Shown: piece after piece, positions 10,994 to 21,330 of the stretch
Position numbering within the stretch: the first letter of the stretch is position 1
Layout: the number at the start of each line of letters is the position of its first letter
Assembly: GCA_965227775.1 (NCBI GenBank)
Contig: OZ245777.1
Location: 2,624,001-2,688,000 of the forward strand
Direction: 5' to 3'
Source of the DNA: Phycisphaerales bacterium
GTDB taxonomy: Bacteria; Planctomycetota; Phycisphaerae; Phycisphaerales; UBA1924
Length of the DNA stretch: 64,000 nt
Position numbers and translations under genes: made by a program
Notes under the pieces: model-generated
What the model saw: the letters and a program-made list of their open reading frames with translations, nothing else
The model's database searches: none
Told to the model about the DNA's origin: nothing

Positions 10994-11062
10994 GCCGATC
11001 CTCGTCTCCGCATAACATCACAAAGTCCTGGTCAGTCATCATCCTCCCCGAGGCTGACCAAT

Positions 11063-11100
11063 CCGGGCGGGTCCCAAAAAGTGGCCCGCCCGGGCTCTTT
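11063..11100 (+). terminator. Probable terminator between convergent genes
   Basis: CCGGGCGGGTC-loop-GGCCCGCCCGG followed by a short T tract. Confidence 0.5.
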
Positions 11101-11109
11101 CGTTGGCAG

Positions 11110-12351
11110 TCAGTCGTTGCGGCTCAACCGAGCAATGAGCACGGCCAGCAACTGGCATCGCTCGACGAGGCTCGCAAGCTCAATCCACTCGGTGGGCGTA
11201 TGCAAGCCGCCGCCGCGCACGCCAAGCGTATCGATCGTGGGCAAACCGGCATCCTGCAGGATGTTCCCATCGCACACGCCGCCCGTGCTCGCGAAGGGTA
11301 ACCGCTGGCCGAGTGCCTCAGCAACCGCGCGAGCGTGCAACGCGAGCGACTCGGTCTGCGGCGTCAAAGGCTTTGCGGGACGGTTGAACGAACGCCGCAC
11401 GATCACCGCGGCTCGATCGTCATCACAGGAAGTGTTCTCGGTGGCAAGAGCGTCGAGCGCAGCGCCCATTTGATCGCCGATCTCTTGATTTGGATACCGA
11501 GCATTGCCCCATGCCGCCGCATGGTCGGGAACGGCGTTGGTCGCCGTCCCGCCCTCAACCGGCCCGATGCTCATGATGTACGAGTCTTCCTGCTTCGGAT
11601 CGGCCAAGTCGCCCACGGCTGACATCGCACGCGCAAGCGCGGTCACGGCGCTCACACCGCCTCGGAAGTCTCGGCCGACGTGCGAGGAGCGCCCGATCGT
11701 CTCGATCATGAACTGGCCGCTGCCCATGCGCTCGATGGCGAGCTCTCCCCCAGGGAGTGCCGGCTCCAGCGCGAGGCCAAAGTCGTGCAAGCGAGCCTGC
11801 TCACGCAGCGCTGCCTCGCTGTGGTAGCTGCCGGTTTCTTCGTCGGCGTTGAGCATGTAGGTCCAACTCGCGGGCACACCGGCTTCCTCGAGGCTCTCGA
11901 GGGCACACGCGGCGATGACCAGGCCACCTTTCATGTCGACGCAGCCCGGTCCGACAGCAGACTTCCCATCCTGGCTGACCGTCAATTCGCGGAAGGGCCC
12001 GTCGGCCGGGTGCACCGTGTCGAGGTGCCCAGCGATGAGGACGCGTCGCATGTCATTCTTCAGACGCCCGAGGACGGCGGTAGGTGGGACGCCGTCAGCT
12101 GCTGCACCACGCAACCAATCCGGTCTTGAGTCGCCCTCAACGAGCGACTCGGTCGCACCGAGCTTCTTCATGCGATCGGCAAACACTCGCCGCGTCGCGT
12201 CGATGCCTTCTCCGCCGCCGGGCCCTGTCGGCGTTTCGACGTGTCGTTTCAGATCCTCGAGCAAGAACCCGGCTTTCGACTCGATGATGTCGCAAGCCTG
12301 GCGCTCTTCCGCTGTCAGTTCTATCGCTGTTTTGGGCGTTTTCGTGCTCAC
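11110..12351 (-). CDS. M20/M25/M40 family metallo-hydrolase (carboxypeptidase G2-like)
   Basis: GHLDTV, GPGCVDMKGG, DEETGS, GGVCDGN, GLHT..E motifs; GTG start overlaps the dapF stop. Confidence 0.9.
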   Translation of the reverse strand: MSTKTPKTAIELTAEERQACDIIESKAGFLLEDLKRHVETPTGPGGGEGIDATRRVFADRMKKLGATESLVEGDSRPDWLRGAAADGVPPTAVLGRLKNDMRRVLIAGHLDTVHPADGPFRELTVSQDGKSAVGPGCVDMKGGLVIAACALESLEEAGVPASWTYMLNADEETGSYHSEAALREQARLHDFGLALEPALPGGELAIERMGSGQFMIETIGRSSHVGRDFRGGVSAVTALARAMSAVGDLADPKQEDSYIMSIGPVEGGTATNAVPDHAAAWGNARYPNQEIGDQMGAALDALATENTSCDDDRAAVIVRRSFNRPAKPLTPQTESLALHARAVAEALGQRLPFASTGGVCDGNILQDAGLPTIDTLGVRGGGLHTPTEWIELASLVERCQLLAVLIARLSRND

Positions 12352-13271
12352 GTCGTGAGGATAGCAACCGGCGAACCCGACCACGTCCCATCGAACACGA
12401 ACGCTGCGGGGCCGCACTGCCGCACGATGGCGTCGCCACCCGACTCCAGGGAAGACCAGGAGACCCGCAGATCGCCACCGGGCAGCGTGAGCGTTGCCTC
12501 ATTATCCGTCAGCCCGGCGATGACGGCTGCGACAAGGGTCGCACACGCACCCGTGCCACACGCACGCGTCGGCCCCGACCCACGCTCCCAGGTATGGACA
12601 ACAGCATGGCTGGGTGACTCAACCCTCACCAGATGGGCGTTAATTCGCTCGGCAAACGCCGGGTGCCGCTCGATCTTCGGACCAAGCCGTCGCACCTCGT
12701 CAGCCAGGTCATCCCCCAGCCAAGGATTGTCACGCGTAAATGCTACCGCGTGCGGATTGCCAATCGACACGTGCGAGAACACGAGACGTCCGCCATCGAC
12801 TTCGATCGTCGGTGGGGTGCTCGCGTCGAGCATGGGCCGATCGATATCGCAATCCGCCAACGCCAGCCCGGGCGAGCCCATCGCCACGCGAACGAGCCCG
12901 TCGTCGAGCGGCTCGCACGCAAGCACACGCGTGCCAGACTCAATGTGCAGCGTTGTGCCAACTACTCCCAGGCGATCGCGCACAAACCTTGCGACGCATC
13001 GCGTGCCGTTGCCACACGCTCCCGATTCACTCCCATCAGCATTGAACGTGCGCATCCGAGCATGATTCACGGCGTTTTCCGGTGCGCAGATCAGGATGAC
13101 ACCATCGCCTCCGACGCCGGTGTGCCGATCGCTCAACTCCACCGCGAGGCTTGGCCAGTCAAGCTGCGCGAGCTGCGGCTCGGTGATCGCATCGATGTAG
13201 ACGTAGTCGTTGCCCAGCCCGTGCATCTTCGTGAACCGCATGCCGCCCTCCGTGCGCGAATGCGAGGTCAT
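12348..13271 (-). CDS. dapF: Diaminopimelate epimerase
   Basis: FTKMHGLGNDY, NADGS..CGNGTRC, GNPHAV, ERGSGPTRACGTGA; alternative start 13241. Confidence 0.95.
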   Translation of the reverse strand: MTSHSRTEGGMRFTKMHGLGNDYVYIDAITEPQLAQLDWPSLAVELSDRHTGVGGDGVILICAPENAVNHARMRTFNADGSESGACGNGTRCVARFVRDRLGVVGTTLHIESGTRVLACEPLDDGLVRVAMGSPGLALADCDIDRPMLDASTPPTIEVDGGRLVFSHVSIGNPHAVAFTRDNPWLGDDLADEVRRLGPKIERHPAFAERINAHLVRVESPSHAVVHTWERGSGPTRACGTGACATLVAAVIAGLTDNEATLTLPGGDLRVSWSSLESGGDAIVRQCGPAAFVFDGTWSGSPVAILTT

Positions 13272-14689
13272 ATCGAGAACCACCCCTGCGAGAGCCCGAT
13301 TAGCGTGACCGCACCGCCAACCGCCAGCGTCAAGAGCGTAGCCAATCGAAGCACCCGAACCCGACGATCAACCGGCAGGCGTCGAGCGTCCAAGCCGTTC
13401 AGCTTCGCCAGGGCCCGCTGGCGTTGCCGAACCGAGCCGTGGCGGAAGCCCCAGCGCTTGGGATCGACGCCGTTGAGTGCGCAAACGCGGTCGAGGGCTG
13501 CCGCCATCGAGTCAGGACCAGGCGGGGATACGACGTCGCTGTCGACGCTCTCGCCATCCGCAAGAGCCGAGCCGAGCGCGACCGCCGCTCGCGCATCGGC
13601 ATGTCGCTCGATAAGCCGACTGATGAACCCGAATCCGAGCACGGCGGCAGAAGCAACGAGTAGGAGCGATACAAGCTCCGAGAAACCTCGCCCAAGTCCA
13701 CCGTTCAGCATGAGCCACGCCAGTGCGGGCTCGACGAGCCCCAGCGCGGTTACGAGCGCGAGCATTGCCAGCACGATCCAGAGCACATGGTGCTGACGCA
13801 CGTGTGCCAGCTCGTGCGCCACGACCGCATCGAGTTCATGTCGAGGCATACCGCGGAGCAGCGGCTCGGTAACGAGCATGTAGCGAGCCCGCGGCAGCAG
13901 GCCCAGGATGGCCGCGTTGGCCGAAGGATGCGACCAGAGGCGAACACCCGTGATACGGGCGCCCATCTGCTTGCAAAGCCAGTCGATGCGTTCGCGGACC
14001 TCGCCCGACTCGAGCGAGCGCGTACCGAGCACGCGGACGATAATCGCCGGCGCAAAGGCAACGATGGCAATGGTGCCAGCAATGTCAATGGTGCGCCAGA
14101 CCAGCGCCGGTTGTCCGTCGAGCAGTGCTGCGACAGCCTCGTGCCAGGTCACGATCAGCAGCACAGGCACGAGCGGCATGGCGAGCATGGCGCGAGCCCG
14201 GCCGACGGTCGCCTCCCATCGCGTGGGGGGGCGGTCCGCGATTCCACCGGCGTCCAACTCTCGGACGAGCAGCGCCTGCCGCATGCGGTCGTGTAGCGGG
14301 TGCTCGGCCCAGGTGATGACCAGCAACGCGAGCAGCGGCGGGGCGACCGCCGCAATCTCATCGAGCGCGACCCATGAGCCCATGAGCGACTCGACCGCTC
14401 CAAGCCCGTTGGCGGTCACGCTCCAAATGGCGAACGGGAGCACCACCAACCAACGGAGCTTCTCACCCTGCCCAAGCCCGCGACGCAGGAGCTTCCACGA
14501 GCCGCGGTACGCGGCGGCCCGAGCACACGCCGGCAGAGCCACGAGTGCGACGCAGGCCACCAAGAAGGACCAACCGATGGCAACGAGAAACTGCCAGCCG
14601 TTGCTGGCATCGCCGGTCTCTCGCGCAGCAGCGAGGTCATTGCCCAAGAGCAGGCCCACGAGGATGATCAAGACGTGGATGCTGGGCAA
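13268..14689 (-). CDS. M48 family membrane zinc metalloprotease
   Basis: AVVAHELAH, ERHAD, HGSVRQR motifs with multiple TM segments. Confidence 0.85.
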   Translation of the reverse strand: MPSIHVLIILVGLLLGNDLAAARETGDASNGWQFLVAIGWSFLVACVALVALPACARAAAYRGSWKLLRRGLGQGEKLRWLVVLPFAIWSVTANGLGAVESLMGSWVALDEIAAVAPPLLALLVITWAEHPLHDRMRQALLVRELDAGGIADRPPTRWEATVGRARAMLAMPLVPVLLIVTWHEAVAALLDGQPALVWRTIDIAGTIAIVAFAPAIIVRVLGTRSLESGEVRERIDWLCKQMGARITGVRLWSHPSANAAILGLLPRARYMLVTEPLLRGMPRHELDAVVAHELAHVRQHHVLWIVLAMLALVTALGLVEPALAWLMLNGGLGRGFSELVSLLLVASAAVLGFGFISRLIERHADARAAVALGSALADGESVDSDVVSPPGPDSMAAALDRVCALNGVDPKRWGFRHGSVRQRQRALAKLNGLDARRLPVDRRVRVLRLATLLTLAVGGAVTLIGLSQGWFSI

Positions 14690-14716
14690 GAGGCGTGGCC
14701 GATCGGTTGCAGGCGA

Positions 14717-16243
14717 CTAGTTGCCGTCGATCATGGACGGCACGCGGGGGAGAGCGCCCAGGTCAACGCTCGCCGGAGCATCGGTGAACGCGTCGACGTT
14801 GAGCTCGTCCTCGCTGATGGACGTAATCACGACACCCATGCGTCCCTGGGCACGGGCTTGGTCAAAGTCCTCGGCGCTCGGCCCGGCGAAGCGGCTGTTC
14901 CGCTTCCGCATGACGTGGAAGTGGTACATCGCGAGAGCCCGCACGCTCTGCTCAACCATATCGGAAGAGGCCACGAACTGATCGTCACCCTTCCGGTGCT
15001 GCGGCCTTGGTGGGTACATCTGCGCGACGAACCGGCCCGAGCTGTCGACGAACAGCAGCCCTCCGTATTCGGTCGTGTCGTCTTCGTGGTCCATTTCGAC
15101 TTGCTCGAAAATCCGACGCATGACGTCCGGGTCGTGCAACGCAACATCGACGGCGAGCATGCCGAGCAGATCGCCCCAGGTCAACCGTGGAGCACTCTCG
15201 TCGAGTAGCTGAGGTATGCCGCGAAGATCACGGCTGTCGGCACGCCGGGGTGTTGTCTCGCGGTCACCGATGCGCGCCCGCAGGCGGCCTTCGAGCTGCA
15301 GCGGGGTGTCACGCATCCACGGCTCGCGATAGATCGACGCCCACCGGAGCGCCTCGAGATTGCGCAGCTTTAGGCCCTCGGCCTGCTCAGGGCTCAGCCG
15401 CGACACTGCCTGCGAAGTCTCCTGCCACCAGCGCCCGCGGGCGTCTTGAGAGAGCGTCAGGAGCCAGCGGAGCTCCTCACCGTTGCGGGGCACGACGCCC
15501 AGCTCGCTCAGGCCGCTGCGAATCGCTCGGAGCGTCAGGGCGCCCTGCTCGTCGGTGGGGAGATCGTCGCGAATGAGCACTAGGCGGCGGGCCTCGCCGC
15601 TTGGGTCGAGCCTCGCGAGCAGGTCCCACGCGGCCTCGCGGGCGCGGGCGTCCAGGTCGATCGAGCCGAGCGTGCCCTGGCGTGGATTTAGGAACACCCG
15701 GGTCGCGACCAGTTCGAGCGACTCGCCGGGGTTGAGTGACTCGAGGATCACGCGTTCGACGCGTTGTTCGTCAGAGATCTCCGCATCGGGGATGGCATAC
15801 GAGCGCACGAACGCGGCGCTCAGGTCTTGCCAGCCTCGGGCGACGGCCTGGCGGCCCATGCGACGGATGACCTGGTAGTCCTGCTCGGTGGGCACGCGGG
15901 CACGGATGAAGTTCTGTGAGTCCTGCAGGCCCGACCAAGAGTCGTCGCTCATCAGCAGGTCGATCGCCGCCAACCGAAGGTCCTGGGGCGTCTGGGCGCT
16001 CCAGACGAGGTCCTTGAGCGGCTCACGGATCGGCTTGCGGTTGCCCTCGGCATTCTCCCACGCCGCCTGCATCGCCTCGATGCGCTGGGGTACCCGTAGT
16101 TCGGGGTTCTGGAAGTCGGTGAGTGGGTCGCCGCTGAGCTTCTGCGTACGGCTGGCGCACGCGGGGAGCAATGCGCTCACCGCGGCGAGCATGGCAAGGA
16201 AGGCGACCAGAAATACGACACGTGTTGCTGCGGATCGCTGCAT
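14717..16243 (-). CDS. Lipoprotein with helical N-terminal region and C-terminal JAB/MPN-like motif
   Basis: Lipobox LPAC; C-terminal EYGG...YHFH...GPSAED. Confidence 0.6.
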   Translation of the reverse strand: MQRSAATRVVFLVAFLAMLAAVSALLPACASRTQKLSGDPLTDFQNPELRVPQRIEAMQAAWENAEGNRKPIREPLKDLVWSAQTPQDLRLAAIDLLMSDDSWSGLQDSQNFIRARVPTEQDYQVIRRMGRQAVARGWQDLSAAFVRSYAIPDAEISDEQRVERVILESLNPGESLELVATRVFLNPRQGTLGSIDLDARAREAAWDLLARLDPSGEARRLVLIRDDLPTDEQGALTLRAIRSGLSELGVVPRNGEELRWLLTLSQDARGRWWQETSQAVSRLSPEQAEGLKLRNLEALRWASIYREPWMRDTPLQLEGRLRARIGDRETTPRRADSRDLRGIPQLLDESAPRLTWGDLLGMLAVDVALHDPDVMRRIFEQVEMDHEDDTTEYGGLLFVDSSGRFVAQMYPPRPQHRKGDDQFVASSDMVEQSVRALAMYHFHVMRKRNSRFAGPSAEDFDQARAQGRMGVVITSISEDELNVDAFTDAPASVDLGALPRVPSMIDGN

Positions 16244-16332
16244 GGTGCAATACTATCGGTAGGCGAACGCCGATCGTCCCAGCCGATCCGCCAGATCGCC
16301 CATCGCCCGGCTACCACGGAGGACTTGACCAC

Positions 16333-16638
16333 TTGGCGAAGGAACACAGCCTGCCTCAAGCCGCCCAGAATCCCGCCGGTCGGGACGCCGGAGGCCCTGC
16401 GCCAACGGGCAGCTCCGAGGAGCGAGTTCGGCAGGTGATCGAGCAGATCCGGCCCAGCATTCAGGCCGACGGTGGCGACGTCGAGTTCCTGGAGTTCACC
16501 CAGGAGGGCGTGGTCCGGATCAGGCTCCACGGGGCGTGCGTGGGGTGCCCGAGCAGCAGCCTGACACTGCAGATGGGCCTGGAGCGCAACCTGCGCGAGC
16601 ACGTGCCCGAGGTCGAAGCGGTCGAAGCCATCGATTGA
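16333..16638 (+). CDS. NifU/NfuA C-terminal domain Fe-S carrier
   Basis: IRPSIQADGGDVE...GACVGCPSS; TTG start after GGAGGA. Confidence 0.9.
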   Translation: MAKEHSLPQAAQNPAGRDAGGPAPTGSSEERVRQVIEQIRPSIQADGGDVEFLEFTQEGVVRIRLHGACVGCPSSSLTLQMGLERNLREHVPEVEAVEAID

Positions 16639-16999
16639 GGCTCGCGTCACGGTGCGGCCAACATGAAACGGTCATGAGGCTGAGCCTTCCGGCGCCTACC
16701 CAAATTAACACCTCCGATCGATCGGCGGGCGCTAAGTCTTTGAATATCAGCGATCTGCGCGTTATCGGGGACGATCGGGGGGCGGCGGCGCGAAAAAATG
16801 CGCGAACTTTCTGCCTGTCGGTTACACTCACGGAACGTTGGTCTGTACGACCCGTGGTGGGGTCACCGATTCCGGGACGGACCGGGACCGGTGGGGCGTT
16901 CGAATCGGAGTGGGAAGAGGGATGGCGGCCCATGGTGGGGCCGCCGCGGACCGGCATGAGAGGCCGGCCTCCGCAAAAGAGCCGCATGGTGGTGCTGCG

Positions 17000-17239
17000 A
17001 TGCTTGTGATCACGAGGCGTGAGGGCGAGGAAGTGGTGGTCGGCGACCCGAAGAACCCCATCGGGGTGGTTCGGATTGCCTCGATCAAGGGCGACCGCAT
17101 CCGGCTCGCCTTCGACTTCCCGAGGACGATCGACGTGCACCGGCGCGAGGTCGCGGAGCAGATCGCGGCCGAGGGCGACGACGATGCCCCCGCGCCCGAG
17201 ATCGAGGTGCGCGTGAAGGACGCGGCGGCGCCGGCCTAG
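17000..17239 (+). CDS. csrA: Carbon storage regulator CsrA/RsmA
   Basis: MLVITRREGEEVVVG...IRLAFDFPRTIDVHRREV. Confidence 0.92.
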   Translation: MLVITRREGEEVVVGDPKNPIGVVRIASIKGDRIRLAFDFPRTIDVHRREVAEQIAAEGDDDAPAPEIEVRVKDAAAPA

Positions 17240-17312
17240 TTCAGCTCAGAACTGGTACGACGTGCGGGGCGGACCGGGAACGGACGCCTCGGTTGTTGTG
17301 TTGGCCCGTGGC

Positions 17313-18623
17313 CTACGGGCAGCCGGCGTCGAAGGCGTCCTCGAAGAACGTAAAGTCGAGGGCCGTCAGTCGGCCGTCGGCGTAGAAGTCCGCCTGTGGC
17401 TTGCCCATCGCAAACGCGGTCTGGAAGGCCAAGAAGTCGAAGACCGTGAGCGTGCCGTCGCGGTCCAGGTCCGGCGGGCACGTGACGAGCGGAACGCACT
17501 GGTTCAGGGCCACGGTGACGTTGCCGCTCTCGTCGTTGGCCACGGCGAGGTCGATCCCGCCGTTGTTGTTGAGGTCGGCGACGCCAACGAATACCGGCTT
17601 CGGGCCGGAGAAGAAGCCCGCATCGCGATCAAAGTTTGCGTTGCCATCATTGAAGTGCACGATCAGGGCGTCCCTGTCCGTGACGGCCAGGTCCTGATAG
17701 CCATCACCGTCGAAGTCGCCCATCGCCACCGACGAAGGCCGGATGCCGCCGGGGGAGCGACGCTGGCTTGCAAGGGTCCCGTCGCCGTTGTTGAGCAGCA
17801 CGCTCAAGTCGTCGCTCTGGAGGTTGACCACAGCAACGTCGCCGTCGCCGTCGCCGTCAAGATCGCCGATCGCAACGGACCATGGACTCTCACCCCCGTC
17901 GTACGACGCGGCGGGCTCGAAGCTGGCATTCCCTCGGTTCAGCAGCACGCTGACGTTGCCGCTGCCGCCATTGGCCACCGCCAGGTCCGAGTCGCCGTCG
18001 CCGTCCAGGTCGGCCGCCGCGATCGACCGCGGCTCGTCGCCGACGTTGAGGACGGCACCCGGCACCAGCGTCCCGTCGCCGACGCCAAGCAGCACGCCCA
18101 CGGTCGCACCACCCGCGTGCGTCACGGCGACGTCCAGGTCGCCATCGCCGTCCAGGTCGGCGAGTGCCGCCGACCACGGCCGCGGGCCGGCGTCGTAGGC
18201 CACGCCCGGAGCGAAGCCACCCGCGCCGTCGCCACGCAGGACGGTGACCGTGTTCGAGACCGGATTGGCGGCGACCAGGTCGGTCGCGCCGTCGCCATCG
18301 AGGTCGCCGGCCACGACCATGCGCAGGCCACGCTCTGCCAGTGCACGATCGCCGGGCGTGAAGCACCCCTCGCCATCGTTTCGCAGTAGGGCGACGTCGC
18401 CGCCGGCGAAGTCTGCAACGGCCAGATCCGGATGGCCATCGCCGTCGAAGTCCGCGATCGCCACCGACTGCGGCAACCGGCCCGCGTCGTAGCTCCAGCG
18501 GTTGAAGAGGCGGCTGCGATCGCAGGACTGGGCCAGCGCCGCCGGGGGCGCCAGTGCGATCAGGGCGAACGCGATGGCGGTGGTCGGCCGATGGGTGTGG
18601 TCGAGGCGACGGGTTCGTGGCAT
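17313..18623 (-). CDS. FG-GAP/VCBS repeat protein with GC-type dockerin
   Basis: Seven DLDGDGxxDLAV-type repeats; signal peptide; tail ending DAGCP. Confidence 0.88.
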   Translation of the reverse strand: MPRTRRLDHTHRPTTAIAFALIALAPPAALAQSCDRSRLFNRWSYDAGRLPQSVAIADFDGDGHPDLAVADFAGGDVALLRNDGEGCFTPGDRALAERGLRMVVAGDLDGDGATDLVAANPVSNTVTVLRGDGAGGFAPGVAYDAGPRPWSAALADLDGDGDLDVAVTHAGGATVGVLLGVGDGTLVPGAVLNVGDEPRSIAAADLDGDGDSDLAVANGGSGNVSVLLNRGNASFEPAASYDGGESPWSVAIGDLDGDGDGDVAVVNLQSDDLSVLLNNGDGTLASQRRSPGGIRPSSVAMGDFDGDGYQDLAVTDRDALIVHFNDGNANFDRDAGFFSGPKPVFVGVADLNNNGGIDLAVANDESGNVTVALNQCVPLVTCPPDLDRDGTLTVFDFLAFQTAFAMGKPQADFYADGRLTALDFTFFEDAFDAGCP

Positions 18624-18716
18624 TTCGCAGTCCTCCTGCGCACAGGTTACCGGACATTGCGGGACCGTGCAAGCACGAAGCGGGGCCGCGCCGGCGAGTT
18701 GAAGCCCGCCAACGCG

Positions 18717-18926
18717 GCCTCCGTGGCAATCACGCGAGCCTCCCGTGCAACCAGCGGCAGCTACGAGGTCATCACCGGGACGTCCCGTGCAATCACCGAA
18801 GCCAGCGAGGCCTTCACTGCAGCCCTCATTGCAACCACCGCGGCCTCCGAGGCCATCGCGGAGGCTTCCCATGCCTTCACCGGAACTCCCAAAGCAATCA
18901 CGGAAGCCTCCGGTGCCATCACGGGA
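18717..18926. repeat. Degenerate tandem array, 10 x 21 bp
   Basis: Units such as GCCTCCGTGGCAATCACGCGA, ACGTCCCGTGCAATCACCGAA, GCCTCCGGTGCCATCACGGGA; exact 21-bp register without indels. Confidence 0.8.
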
Positions 18927-19053
18927 GAGCGCGCGCGCTCGGTTCTTCGGACGTTGGAGCCGTTCTCGGACGCGAAACGCGCAGGGCGTGCGCGATCGGG
19001 CGTGGTTGGCGAAGAATTGTGCTTGGTGCGAACGCCCGGCAGGGGCGTCGAAC

Positions 19054-19524
19054 TTACTCCGGCGAGCCGCTCGAGTAGTCGTACACCCATTGGCTCATCG
19101 CACGCTCGTAGTCGAGGACCTCGCCGTCGCCGAAGAACAGGCCGAGCTCGCGCTGGGCAGCCTCGGGGCTGTCGCTGCCGTGGATGAGGTTGAAGCTGTT
19201 GGAGACGCCGAAGTCGCCGCGGATCGTCCCGGCGTCGGCCTTGGAACCGAACGTCGCGCCCATCATCGAGCGGCTGATAGCGATGGCGCCGATGCCGCGG
19301 ATGGCCAGCACCAGCACCGGGGCGCCGGTCATGAAGCGTACGAGTCCGTCATAGAAGGGCTTGCCGGCGTGATCCTTGTAGTGCTCGGCGGCCAGCTCGG
19401 GGCTGATCTTCATGAGCTTGCAGCCGACGACCTGGAGGCCCTTGTCCTCGAAGCGGCTGATGATGCGGCCCATGAGGCCCCGCTGGACGGCGTCGGGCTT
19501 GAGGATGATGAGGGTGGTTTCCAT
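19054..19524 (-). CDS. ndk: Nucleoside-diphosphate kinase
   Basis: TLIILKPDAVQRGL, GTIRGDFG, NLIHGSDS. Confidence 0.97.
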   Translation of the reverse strand: METTLIILKPDAVQRGLMGRIISRFEDKGLQVVGCKLMKISPELAAEHYKDHAGKPFYDGLVRFMTGAPVLVLAIRGIGAIAISRSMMGATFGSKADAGTIRGDFGVSNSFNLIHGSDSPEAAQRELGLFFGDGEVLDYERAMSQWVYDYSSGSPE

Positions 19525-19632
19525 GGCGAGCGGCTCCTGCGGGGTGGGGGGCTGGTAGGTCGGGTGCTTGGTTGGGGCCGCAAGGGTAGGGGCGGAAGCT
19601 CCCCCTGGGGCGTTGGCCTGCCCTCGTTCTGC

Positions 19633-21045
19633 CTAGTTCTGGCCCTGGAGCCGCGTGATCGTCTCGGTGAGCTTGGTCTTGATCTGCGGGTCGGCCCCGA
19701 CGTGGCGGTCGACGATCATGCCGTTCTGGTCGATCACGACCATGGTGGGGATGCCGGTGACGTCGTAGTCGGACGCGGCGGCGTCGCCTTCCATCAGCAG
19801 GAGGTAGTCGAAGCCCCGCTCCTTCATCAGGGCGGCGGGATCGCCGTTTTCCCAGGCGTTGATGCCCATGACGACGACGTCCTGGCCCTTGAACTGCTGG
19901 TGGACCTCCTGCAGCTTGGGCATCACGACGAGGCACGGCGCGCACCAGGTCGCCCAGAAGTCGAGGATGACGATCTTGCCCTGGTAATCTGACAGCGTGT
20001 GGCTGTTGCCATCGGGGTCGTTCAGCGTGAAGTCGGGGGCCGGAATGTTCAGCGGCGGTGGGGCCGCCGCAGCGGCCTGGCGTTGGTCGGCGGGCGGCTC
20101 GAAGGCAAGCGTTTCGAATCCATCCGGGGCCGGGAGCACGAATGGCTCGGCCGGGTCAATGAGCTCGGAGATCGGGGCCTCACCGGGATCGCCAAAGTTC
20201 ACTTCATCGAGGAGGCGCGATGCCCTTGCGATCGCCGCCGCAGTGTCCGCGGGGCTTGCGAGGAACTCGATGTCCGTGATGGTCGTGCGTGAGATGCCGT
20301 CGCCAACGCTCTTGTTGTCCTCGCCGCGCACGTCGTAGTACACGAGCTCGCTGCGGCGGGGCAGGTTGTCGTCGACGCCGAGGTACCACCATGCGCCGAA
20401 GGCGTACGTTTCGGGGAACTCGGCGAGGTCGACGTAGACCGCGTTGGTGACGTCCTCGCCGATAAGGACGCGACCGTCGTTGATGGGCGCGACACGCGGC
20501 TCCTGGTCGACGATCGGCCGTCCGACCAGCATTTCCCAGTCGGAGATCCACTCGAGCGCCGTCCATGCGCCCGAATCGATCAGGAGCATCTCGCTGTCCT
20601 GGTGCGCTGCCTCTACGAGCGCACGTTGGGTGGGGTCGATCATGCGAGCGTGCTCGCCGTCGATCGAGAACGCGAAGGGGAAGGGGGTCCCGTCGCCATC
20701 CGGATTGCCGATGAGCCCAAAGGCAACAACGTGCCACTGCGGCTTCGCGTCCTGGTCGAGCAAGCCCGCACGCTCGGCCCGGCTCGAACGAGCCATGACG
20801 ATGCGGGCGGTCGTTGCGGGCTCTCTGGTCGACTGTGCACCCACGCCCTCGCGGGTTGCCGTGAAGGCGATCGCGGTGGCGTTGCGCAACGCCTCGTCGG
20901 CATCGCGCAAGAGCGTAAGGCCGTCCGGCCGCTCTTCGCGGGCTTCCTGCAGTGCCTGGAGACCGTCCTGCGACGCGTCAAGCGTCGTTGCTGTGATTGC
21001 GAGTGAGCTGACAGCGAGAGCGATTCGGTGCTTGCGGCCGTTCAT
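19633..21045 (-). CDS. Exported protein with C-terminal TlpA-like thioredoxin/redoxin domain
   Basis: Signal peptide; APDFTL..LDFWATWCAPC..GIPT. Confidence 0.85.
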   Translation of the reverse strand: MNGRKHRIALAVSSLAITATTLDASQDGLQALQEAREERPDGLTLLRDADEALRNATAIAFTATREGVGAQSTREPATTARIVMARSSRAERAGLLDQDAKPQWHVVAFGLIGNPDGDGTPFPFAFSIDGEHARMIDPTQRALVEAAHQDSEMLLIDSGAWTALEWISDWEMLVGRPIVDQEPRVAPINDGRVLIGEDVTNAVYVDLAEFPETYAFGAWWYLGVDDNLPRRSELVYYDVRGEDNKSVGDGISRTTITDIEFLASPADTAAAIARASRLLDEVNFGDPGEAPISELIDPAEPFVLPAPDGFETLAFEPPADQRQAAAAAPPPLNIPAPDFTLNDPDGNSHTLSDYQGKIVILDFWATWCAPCLVVMPKLQEVHQQFKGQDVVVMGINAWENGDPAALMKERGFDYLLLMEGDAAASDYDVTGIPTMVVIDQNGMIVDRHVGADPQIKTKLTETITRLQGQN

Positions 21046-21330
21046 TGCGTGTCCCCTCCATCCCTGCACCAGGGATCAGAAATGGTATGCGGTGGGGATG
21101 CGTGCAATGGCGAGACCTTGAAGGCCGGATCAGGCCCGCGTCTCGCATGTCTCGGATCGCGTCTTGGGTCTCCTAGATCGAGTCCTCGTCGTGTGCGGCC
21201 TCCGCGAGCACGTGTGCTCATCGCCGATCTGGTTGACCCCGAGCACGCTCAGCGATCAGTGATGGATCGTGCCCTGAGCGCCGCCTTCGGAGGGCATAGA
21301 GAACAACGGGATTGAATCTCCGCGATTCGC

